Source of the DNA: Eubacteriales bacterium
Lineage (GTDB): Bacteria; Bacillota; Clostridia; Oscillospirales; CAG-272
Assembly (NCBI GenBank): GCA_045659405.1
Contig: JAZOWX010000015.1
Location: forward strand, 9,143 to 73,142
Reading direction: 5' to 3'
DNA length: 64,000 bases
Part shown: piece by piece, positions 57,231 through 64,000 of the stretch
Numbering within the stretch: position 1 is the first letter of the stretch
How the letters are laid out: every line of letters starts with the position of its first letter
Program-made: the position numbers and the translations under genes
The notes under the pieces: generated by a model
The model's database searches: none
What the model saw: the letters and a program-made list of their open reading frames with translations, nothing else
What the model was told of the DNA's origin: nothing

Positions 57231-57278
57231 AATTATGTGAACTTATAACTTCTAACCGATTGGAGTAGCTTTTATTCT

Positions 57279-58040
57279 ATGGGAAAGGTTGTTTCTTTTT
57301 CTAACCAGAAAGGCGGCGTAGGAAAAACCACGTCCTGCGTCAATATTTCAGCACAAATAGCCAATAAGGGCAAAAAGGTGCTTATGATAGATATGGACCC
57401 TCAAGGCAATGCAACGAGCGGTCTTGGAATACAGAAATCAAAGATTAAAAAGACAATATACGACGTAATTATCGGAAAATGCGACATAAAAGATGCTATT
57501 ATCAAGACAAATTTCAAGAATTTGTCCGTAGTTCCGGCAAATATTGACCTCGCAGGCGCTGAAATAGAGCTTCACGACCTTGAGGAAGCGGAAAACTTCA
57601 CCAAGCTTGCGCTCGATTCGATAAAGGATAGCTTTGATTACATATTTATAGACTGTCCCCCCTCACTCGGAATGCTTACCGTAAAGGCTCTTACCGCTTC
57701 TGACGGTGTTGTAATACCGATGCAATGCGAATTTTACTCGCTTGAGGGTATGTCACAGCTTTTAAATACAGTAAAGAGAATAAGACAGCTCTATAATCCC
57801 ACGCTCCAGGTTGTCGGAATACTGCTCACAATGTACAACGGCAGACTCACTCTTACCTCCCAGGTTGTTGCGGAGCTTAAAAAGTACTATTCGGACAAGC
57901 TGTTCCGTGTTCCGATTTCAAGAACAGTAAGACTTTCGGAAGCTCCGGGTTACGGTGAGCCTATATGCTATCACGACCCCTACGGAAAGGGCGCTCTTGA
58001 GTATGCAGCCGTTTCAAAAGAGCTTATGATGCGCATTTAA
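57279..58040 (+). CDS. soj: Chromosome partitioning ATPase ParA/Soj
   Basis: 253 aa. Deviant Walker A 'SNQKGGVGKTTS', plus 'MIDMDPQGNATSGLG' and 'IFIDCPPSLG'. Confidence 0.9.
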   Translation: MGKVVSFSNQKGGVGKTTSCVNISAQIANKGKKVLMIDMDPQGNATSGLGIQKSKIKKTIYDVIIGKCDIKDAIIKTNFKNLSVVPANIDLAGAEIELHDLEEAENFTKLALDSIKDSFDYIFIDCPPSLGMLTVKALTASDGVVIPMQCEFYSLEGMSQLLNTVKRIRQLYNPTLQVVGILLTMYNGRLTLTSQVVAELKKYYSDKLFRVPISRTVRLSEAPGYGEPICYHDPYGKGALEYAAVSKELMMRI

Positions 58041-58093
58041 AGCGATAAAAAGCCGATTTTCTTACAAAATCAAACGAGTGTGAAACACTAAAA

Positions 58094-58194
58094 GACAGCA
58101 AAAAGATAGCAAAAAGACAATAAAAAGACGGCAAACAGACAGCAAAAAAGTCAGTAAAAAGTCAGTAAAAAGTCAACAAAGATACGACAAAAAA
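58094..58194 (+). repeat. Nine tandem ~11-bp A-tract units in the soj-spo0J spacer
   Basis: gacagcaaaaa gatagcaaaaa gacaataaaaa gacggcaaaca gacagcaaaaaa gtcagtaaaaa gtcagtaaaaa gtcaacaaa gatacgacaaaaaa. Confidence 0.85.
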
Positions 58195-58254
58195 TATTAG
58201 TCTTACAGATAATTAAATGGTATTTTTTTACCATTTATCACAACGGAGGAATAT

Positions 58255-59145
58255 ATGGCAAAGAAGAACAGCGGTCTTGGAAGAGGACTCGATGCAATTT
58301 TTCTTGACAATGCTACAACAGAGGGCACAGACAGCGAAAACAGAATAACAATCCTGAAGCTGTCGCTCATCGACCCGAACAAGGATCAGCCGAGAAAGAC
58401 GTTTGAAAAAGAACCGCTTGAGGAGCTTGCGGCTTCAATCTCGGAAAACGGACTTCTTCAGCCTATTCTTGTCAGAGAGTACGGTGACGGAAGATATCAG
58501 ATTATCGCAGGCGAGCGCAGATTCCGTGCATCAAAGCTTGCGGGACTTACCGAAGTTCCGACCATAGTTCTTGACAAGGATGACCGCCGTGCGGCAGAAA
58601 TTTCGCTGATAGAAAATATACAAAGAGAGGATTTGAATCCTCTTGAGGAAGCACTCGGCTACCGCTCGCTCGCAGAGCAGTACGGTATGACGCAGGAGGA
58701 AATTTCCGCAAGAACAGGAAAGAGCAGAAGCGCTGTTGCCAATATGATGCGTCTTCTCGACCTGCCCCGTGAGGTGCTTGACCTCGTTGGCGCACGCAGA
58801 CTTTCCGCAGGCCACGCAAGAACACTTCTCGGTCTTCGTGATAGCGGTATGATTATGGATATTGCAAATGCGGCAATAGACGGTGACCTCTCTGTACGCG
58901 CGCTTGAGGAGCTTGTTAAACGCACGAACAAGGCAGCCGCAAAGCCTAAAACCGAAGATGAAGCTCCGCTTCCGATTGTTGATTATTTCAGAGAGCTTGA
59001 GCTTCGTGTTCAATCCGCCCTCGGCAGACGCTGTGTAATTGAGGAAAAGGGCAGAAAGAAGAGAATATCTCTTTATTACGAGGATAACGAGGACCTCACA
59101 GAGCTTCTCGAATCCATCCTCGGAAAAGATTTTATGGATAATTAA
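58255..59145 (+). CDS. spo0J: Chromosome partitioning protein ParB/Spo0J
   Basis: 296 aa. 'GLGRGLDAIF', 'IIAGERRFRAS', 'LIENIQREDLNPLEEA' and an HTH 'TQEEISARTGKSRSAVANMMRLL'. Confidence 0.9.
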   Translation: MAKKNSGLGRGLDAIFLDNATTEGTDSENRITILKLSLIDPNKDQPRKTFEKEPLEELAASISENGLLQPILVREYGDGRYQIIAGERRFRASKLAGLTEVPTIVLDKDDRRAAEISLIENIQREDLNPLEEALGYRSLAEQYGMTQEEISARTGKSRSAVANMMRLLDLPREVLDLVGARRLSAGHARTLLGLRDSGMIMDIANAAIDGDLSVRALEELVKRTNKAAAKPKTEDEAPLPIVDYFRELELRVQSALGRRCVIEEKGRKKRISLYYEDNEDLTELLESILGKDFMDN

Positions 59146-59251
59146 TCGAAGATTTGCAAATATTTGTTGTCAAAAATCCGACTTTTCATATAAAATTTGC
59201 GAAGGCAAACCGTGTTTTTTCGCAACAAACCAACCGCAAATCAAATTTAAT

Positions 59252-59328
59252 TTAATCATAAATCAACTGTAATTTAATTATAAATCAACTATAAGCTAAT
59301 TATAAATCAATCATAAACTAATCATTTT
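59252..59328 (+). repeat. About 3.5 AT-rich direct repeats of ~22 bp
   Basis: ttaatcataaatcaactgtaat / ttaattataaatcaactataagc / taattataaatcaatcataaac / taatcatttt. Confidence 0.75.
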
Positions 59329-59341
59329 GATGCAATTCACC

Positions 59342-59542
59342 CAACCGAAAATTAAGCCTATGCCGAGCAGCCAAGGCGTGTTTGCTGTGTCTTTTGGCAA
59401 CCCGAAAGCACGTCACGACGGCTTAATCCAAGCAGGGAAATGGTGGTGAAAATCCACCGCAACAGCCATTACCGTAATAAGCCGAAAAATATATAGAATT
59501 TTTCAAAAATCTGCGGCTTTAAGTCGGAAGACCTGTCGGTTG
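59342..59542 (+). ncRNA. Cobalamin (B12) riboswitch aptamer
   Basis: The core 'agcaGGGAAatgGTGGTGAAAATCCACCgcaACaGCC' and the B12 box 'AAGTCGGAAGACCTGTCGG' are present. A closing P1 can form between caaccga (59342-59348) and tcggttg (59536-59542). About 200 nt. Confidence 0.7.
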
Positions 59543-59770
59543 ATACGTGTGTATTATTCAAAAGGGCATATAACAGTCGGATTGTTAAAAACCCAGGCTG
59601 TTTGACGCACCTTTATTACACACAGGTGTTTGGTATATATCCCTTGGGCAAAAGAGGGGATTCCAAACGGAGTTAAAGAATCGGACGTCGCATAAAAGTG
59701 AAAAAGCTATGCGTAAAGTCCCCTGAAAATGAAAATTTTCTCTATTCTTTTTGTAAACACCGCTTTGGAT

Positions 59771-59796
59771 GAGTCCCCGAATTGGGGACTCTTTTT
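59771..59796 (+). terminator. Rho-independent terminator/attenuator between the riboswitch and downstream genes
   Basis: GAGTCCCCgaattGGGGACTC followed by ttttt. Confidence 0.7.
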
Positions 59797-59914
59797 GCAT
59801 TCCTTTGTCGACGTTTTTAAAACTTTAGTTGACAAAATGTGGGGAAGCGAAAAGCTTTCCGCTTTAAAAGCGAGCTTCATTGCCGCAAAACTTACAAAAA
59901 AGGAGAAACAAAAA

Positions 59915-60328
59915 ATGAAAAAAACACTCTCGCTGATTTTAGCATTCACGCTTGTGATTTTATCGCTCGTTTCCTGCATAGAACCAGAAGGCGGCACAGT
60001 TACCGTTGTTATAGGCACACAAACACCAACCGAGTATAAGCTCGATTTCGAGGCCGAGCAGATAGAAAACGGACTTCTTTCGGTTTTGGATTTGCTGGGT
60101 ATCGAATACGACATATCGGGCGGCTTTTTAAGCAGAGTTGGCGAGCTTGCCCCAACACCCCCAAAATACATCTACATTTACACCTCTGCCACAGAGGATG
60201 CCGACGTCTCATCCTATGCTCAAACTATGGAGTACAAGGGAAAAACACTCACAAGCTCGGGTGTCGGCGCTCGTGATATGCATATAACAGACGGCGCTAT
60301 TATCTATATAGGAACAATCGTTTATTAA
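59915..60328 (+). CDS. DUF4430-like lipoprotein (putative B12-related binding protein)
   Basis: ATG at 59915 after GGAG. Lipobox 'LSLVSCIE'. 137 aa. Located downstream of the cobalamin riboswitch. Confidence 0.6.
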   Translation: MKKTLSLILAFTLVILSLVSCIEPEGGTVTVVIGTQTPTEYKLDFEAEQIENGLLSVLDLLGIEYDISGGFLSRVGELAPTPPKYIYIYTSATEDADVSSYAQTMEYKGKTLTSSGVGARDMHITDGAIIYIGTIVY

Positions 60329-60329
60329 T

Positions 60330-60872
60330 ATGAAGAGTAAAACAAAACGCATAGCTCTCACTGCGGCGCTCGTCGGTATAATGGCTGCTACCATCGAGTG
60401 CGCAAAGCTTGTCCTTGCCGCAATCCCAAACGTTGAGATTATTACGCTTCTTATAGCCGCTTACTCATATACCTTTGGCTCTGTCGGTATTTGTGCCGCA
60501 CTTGTTTTTGTGGTAATAGAGCCGCTTATCTGGGGCTTTGGCACTTGGATTATATCATACTTTATTTATTGGCCGCTCGTAGCTTTTGTCTTCTTTACTC
60601 TCGGAAAAAGGAAAACAAAAAACGTCGCATTCATAACTCTTGCGGCGGCTTTGCTGACTGTTTTTTTCGGTGTCCTTACCTCGCTTGTTGACATAGGTAT
60701 TTTCTCCGGCTCTTTTGATAATTTTCTGTATCGCTTTGCTGTTTATTATATTCGCGGAATTTGGTTTTACCTGACCCAGCTTATAACTAACGTCGTAATT
60801 TTCCCCATTCTTTTCATTCCGACAACAAAGCTTCTTTATGAAATAAAGAAAAAACAAACGCCCGACGCCTGA
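60330..60872 (+). CDS. ECF-transporter S-component-like membrane protein
   Basis: 180 aa, about 6 TM helices, with an N-terminus 'RIALTAALVGIMAATIECAKLVL' typical of S components. Starts 2 nt after the lipoprotein gene. Confidence 0.5.
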   Translation: MKSKTKRIALTAALVGIMAATIECAKLVLAAIPNVEIITLLIAAYSYTFGSVGICAALVFVVIEPLIWGFGTWIISYFIYWPLVAFVFFTLGKRKTKNVAFITLAAALLTVFFGVLTSLVDIGIFSGSFDNFLYRFAVYYIRGIWFYLTQLITNVVIFPILFIPTTKLLYEIKKKQTPDA

Positions 60873-60886
60873 TAAAAGAAACTAAA

Positions 60887-60925
60887 AAACGGCTTACCTT
60901 AATTAAAGGCGAGCCGTTTTCTTCA
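60887..60925 (+). terminator. Rho-independent terminator
   Basis: aaaacggct (60887-60895) pairs with agccgtttt (60913-60921) and is followed by a T-rich run. Confidence 0.6.
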
Positions 60926-61050
60926 TATATTTATTAAAAGATAATTTTTATAATTTTTGGGGTTCATACATATAAAATGCTTTTACAATTTCGGGGTTTT
61001 CATATATAGAAAAATGTTTTTAAATTTCGGGGTTTTGACTTATGGAAGCT

Positions 61051-61401
61051 TTATTGCTCCGAATTTTTCAGCATTTCTTGTATCATACGGTTAAGCTCGG
61101 GATTTTGCAGGGCTATAATGCTTGATATACCGAAAGCAATTCCGAATGCTCCCATAATAAGAGCGCCGATAGAAATCTTGTCAAAATACCCAAGGTTTAT
61201 TCTTGATATAAGAGCGAAAATAACCGCAAAAACTCCAAGCGCTATTCCGAGCCCCGGAATGCAACAGCAAAGCACAGAGGCTATTGATATAATAAGCGCC
61301 GCAACCGACCAGACACGTCTGTTATTCTTTTGAGGCATAAGCTCCTCAAAGTTTATTTCTTCACCGTCTGTAGTCTTATCCTGGTAGAAATCGTTATCCA
61401 T
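61051..61401 (-). CDS. DUF4190-like small membrane protein
   Basis: 116 aa. Two TM helices with a Cys-rich stretch: 'WSVAALIISIASVLCCCIPGLGIALGVFAVIFALISR'. Confidence 0.65.
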   Translation of the reverse strand: MDNDFYQDKTTDGEEINFEELMPQKNNRRVWSVAALIISIASVLCCCIPGLGIALGVFAVIFALISRINLGYFDKISIGALIMGAFGIAFGISSIIALQNPELNRMIQEMLKNSEQ

Positions 61402-61568
61402 ATAAAGCCTCCTTATTTATTTTAAAGGAAGAAAAATTTTCCCCCTTTGTTTCTTCCTTTTAATTTTATCATAACACTGTCGTTTTTTCAATAGCCGTGT
61501 TGAAAATAATAATATTTTGTGATAAACTTATCTTGTTGCTACTGTTTTATATAAAAAGGGGGGATAAA

Positions 61569-61991
61569 ATGGAAACTAAAAATCTTTTAAAAAGGTTTAT
61601 TTTTTATAATTTATTACTTCTTTTCGTTACTCTTTCCTTTCTGACTTTATATTTTATTTCGCTTAAATTTGACCTGCACCTGCTCGACTGCGCACTTTAT
61701 CGGGAGCTTGGCGTTTTTTGCCCCGGGTGCGGCGGCACACGCTCTCTTGTGTTTCTTTTGAGGCTTGATTTTTTAAATTCATTCATCGCCTATCCGCCGC
61801 TTATCATCTCTCTTTTATTGATTCTTACCTGCGATTTTCTCTGTGTTTTTTCAATAATAAAAAGGGATATGAAATATATAAGGCTTTTTCGGGTGGAATA
61901 TTTTCTTATAATACCCGCGTTAATTATTCTTAATTTTTTAATAAGAAATTCTCTTCTTTTTTCGGGAATTGACTATATGCCTAATCTTTGA
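61569..61991 (+). CDS. DUF2752 family membrane protein
   Basis: ATG at 61569 after aaagggggg. Contains the 'FCPGCGGTRS' hallmark. Confidence 0.7.
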   Translation: METKNLLKRFIFYNLLLLFVTLSFLTLYFISLKFDLHLLDCALYRELGVFCPGCGGTRSLVFLLRLDFLNSFIAYPPLIISLLLILTCDFLCVFSIIKRDMKYIRLFRVEYFLIIPALIILNFLIRNSLLFSGIDYMPNL

Positions 61992-62096
61992 TATAAAGTT
62001 CAAATCTTTGTTTTTAACTTATTTTTTAAACCTGTATAAACTGCTCTTTGTGGGGGAAAATAACCCCACAAAGAGTTTTTTTGTGAGGTTATTATT

Positions 62097-62552
62097 TTGG
62101 ATATTTCTACAAATGAAAAGAAAAAGAAAATAATAAAAAAACACACTCCGCACTCGCCTGTTTTCAAAAATTGTACGCTTTCGTTTGTTTTTGGCGGCAT
62201 TATTTGTGTTTTTGGTGAACTTTTGTTTATGTTTTACAAATATCTTTTTGCCGACGAGAAGCTCTCGGGAACGCTGGTTACCGTTACCGTTATAGCTCTT
62301 GCCGCCATTCTCACGGGGTTTGGAGTTTTCGACAGCATTGCAAAGCATGCGGGGGCGGGTACTCTCGTGCCCGTATCAGGCTTTTCAAACGCTCTTACAA
62401 GCGTTGCCATTGATGCAAAGAGCGAGGGCATTTTGCTCGGTGTCGGCTCAAAGCTTTTTTTGGTTGCGGGTCCTGTTATAGTTTGGGGACTTGTCAGCGG
62501 CGTGGTATACGGAATAATTTATTACGCTCTAAAAATTTTCGGGGTAATATAA
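62097..62552 (+). CDS. spoVAC: Stage V sporulation protein AC
   Basis: TTG start at 62097 with GAGG 8 nt upstream. 'HTPHSPVFKNCTLSFVFGGIICVFGE' and 'VPVSGFSNALTSVAIDAKSEG'. Confidence 0.85.
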   Translation: MDISTNEKKKKIIKKHTPHSPVFKNCTLSFVFGGIICVFGELLFMFYKYLFADEKLSGTLVTVTVIALAAILTGFGVFDSIAKHAGAGTLVPVSGFSNALTSVAIDAKSEGILLGVGSKLFLVAGPVIVWGLVSGVVYGIIYYALKIFGVI

Positions 62553-63557
62553 ATGGCTATTATAAAATTCAAAAGAAAAATATCCTTTCTTTCACACTCG
62601 GCAGTTGGCGGATATGAGGAGGGGCGCGGTGCGTTTGGGAGTAAATTTGATTTCATAGACACAACCGACAGCTTCGGTCAGAAAACCTGGGAGCTTTCGG
62701 AGGCGGAAATGGCTCGCTCGGCTGTTAATATAGCGCTCGGAAAGGCAAATATATCACACACCGACCTATCCTTTATGATAGGCGGAGACCTTCAAAATCA
62801 ATGCGTTGCAAGCTCTATTGGTGCAGCCTCATTCGGTGTTCCGTTTTTCGGGGTTTACGGTGCTTGTTCAACCTGCACGGAAAGCATAGCTCTTCTTTCT
62901 TCGGTGCTTTCATCCTGCGAGGGCGACGTACTTGGCTGTGCTGTTACGTCATCCCACAATTCAGCCGCTGAAAGACAGTTCAGAACACCGATAGAATACG
63001 GTGGACAGCGAAACCGCAGTGCGCAGTGGACGGCAACCGCCGCCGGTGCTTTTATCCTTACAACCGCAAAAACAAAAAATCCCTACGTTTTAGAGGCTAT
63101 GGCGGGAAGAATAATTGACGGAGCTACGAGGGATGCGGCAAATATGGGCCCTGCTATGGCTTTTTCCGCCGCAGATACAATTATTTCTTACTTTAATGAG
63201 AGCGAGTATTCCCCGAAGGATTTTGATTATATAATAACCGGTGACCTCGGATATGCGGGAAGCGCTGTGCTTTGCGATATACTTTCTGAAAAACTTCCTA
63301 TGGCAAAGGGCCGACATATAGACTGCGGTACGCTTCTTTACGATAAAAACAAGCAGGATACTCACAGCGGAGCTTCAGGCTGCGGCACGTCGGCATCTGT
63401 TTTGTCCTGTCATTTTCTTCCTCTTTTAAAAGAGGGAAAAATCAAAAGAATTCTTCTTCTTTCAACCGGCGCTCTTATGAGCCCGTCGAGCGTTATGCAG
63501 GGGCAGAACATTTTCGGCACAGCGCCGCTCGTTCATATTTGCTCGGACTGTTTTTAA
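62553..63557 (+). CDS. spoVAD: Stage V sporulation protein AD (thiolase-fold)
   Basis: 334 aa. 'GGDLQNQCVASS' and 'VYGACSTCTES'. Starts immediately after spoVAC. Confidence 0.85.
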   Translation: MAIIKFKRKISFLSHSAVGGYEEGRGAFGSKFDFIDTTDSFGQKTWELSEAEMARSAVNIALGKANISHTDLSFMIGGDLQNQCVASSIGAASFGVPFFGVYGACSTCTESIALLSSVLSSCEGDVLGCAVTSSHNSAAERQFRTPIEYGGQRNRSAQWTATAAGAFILTTAKTKNPYVLEAMAGRIIDGATRDAANMGPAMAFSAADTIISYFNESEYSPKDFDYIITGDLGYAGSAVLCDILSEKLPMAKGRHIDCGTLLYDKNKQDTHSGASGCGTSASVLSCHFLPLLKEGKIKRILLLSTGALMSPSSVMQGQNIFGTAPLVHICSDCF

Positions 63558-63618
63558 TTTTTTTGCTCTTCTTTTTTAATATTTTCCTAAAAATATTTTT
63601 TTAAAAAGGTATTTTATT

Positions 63619-63978
63619 ATGCATTTTCTTTACGTTTTTCTCGCGGGCGGCATTATTTGTATGCTTGCTCAAATACTGATAGATAAAACAAATATAACCC
63701 CCGCAAGAATTTTGGTTCTTTACGTTTGTCTTGGAGTTTTCTTATATGCTGTCGGCATATACGAGCCGCTTTTCAAGCTTTTCGGCGAGGGTGTTGCTCT
63801 GCCTCTTATCGGCTTTGGCGCAGGTATCGGAAAGGGTGTTATGGAGGCTATACAAAAGGACGGCGCAATAGGTATTCTGACAGGCGGACTCACAGCTACC
63901 TCGGCAGGTATAACAGCTGCTATTTTTATGGGTATTATAGTAACTCTTTTCTCTCGCGGAAAATCCAAAAAAATGTGA
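63619..63978 (+). CDS. spoVAE: Stage V sporulation protein AE(B)
   Basis: 119 aa. 'FLAGGIICMLAQILIDKTNITPARILV' and 'GFGAGIGKGV'. Confidence 0.8.
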   Translation: MHFLYVFLAGGIICMLAQILIDKTNITPARILVLYVCLGVFLYAVGIYEPLFKLFGEGVALPLIGFGAGIGKGVMEAIQKDGAIGILTGGLTATSAGITAAIFMGIIVTLFSRGKSKKM

Positions 63979-64000
63979 ATTTTAACAAAAACTTTTATTT

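Noticed and set aside
54299-57278. oriC or a plasmid-type replication origin (repeats plus AT-rich DNA next to parAB).
   Set aside because: I found no TTATCCACA/TGTGGATAA DnaA box, only 2-mismatch or worse look-alikes. There is no dnaA, dnaN or rep gene in the window. Soj/Spo0J and the canonical parS are of the chromosomal type, and housekeeping sporulation genes flank the locus.
56836-59328. A CRISPR array, as an explanation for the tandem repeats at 56836-57084, 58094-58194 and 59252-59328.
   Set aside because: The units are contiguous with no unique spacers. Periods of 62, 11 and 22 bp do not fit a repeat-spacer structure, and there are no cas genes.

Overview
The window looks like a chromosomal segment from a spore-forming Clostridia-type Firmicute. 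This is inferred from spoIIE, spoVAC-AD-AE, soj/spo0J, GGAGG-type ribosome binding sites and many lipobox lipoproteins. Coding density is high except for one 2.98 kb gene-free stretch.

Gene content, left to right:
- MFS transporter, a cytoplasmic GH28-like/SGNH fusion and an AraC regulator.
- Ca-type P-type ATPase and a decayed PIG-L deacetylase pseudogene.
- A + strand cluster: LarA homolog, HIT, glycerate kinase, sialidase-fold protein, Cof-HAD, with a convergent YhcH gene.
- DUF1538 membrane protein with a fused double P-II protein.
- Gfo/Idh/MocA oxidoreductase, two TIM-barrel isomerases and an AraC regulator.
- mgtE, an acyltransferase, a membrane protein and an alpha/beta hydrolase.
- A small AT-rich AbrB/RHH cassette.
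- A CUT1-type sugar ABC transporter with two lipoproteins.
- A tightly coupled 13 kb minus-strand operon: TM protein, MoxR, DUF58, VWA, VWA, then two acidic lipoproteins.
- ACT/UPF0210 pair, U32 peptidase, spoIIE and a histidine phosphatase.
- The gene desert, then soj-spo0J.
- A cobalamin riboswitch with a DUF4430 lipoprotein and an ECF-S-like protein.
- DUF4190 and DUF2752 genes, then spoVAC/AD/AE.

Most notable non-standard signals:
1. The 2.98 kb ORF-free, polarity-flipping A-tract-rich region carries five parS sites, half-parS tandem repeats and a consensus promoter just upstream of soj. A phased 11-bp A-tract array also splits soj from spo0J.
2. A family of ~48-nt three-arm hairpin elements sits just after stop codons. 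At two loci each is accompanied by a duplicated copy of the last ~55-65 bp of the upstream gene.
3. The extended MoxR-DUF58-VWA-VWA operon ends in two lipoproteins that share an unannotated His/Asp/Cys module.

All function calls rest on motif recognition by eye; no database searches were run.
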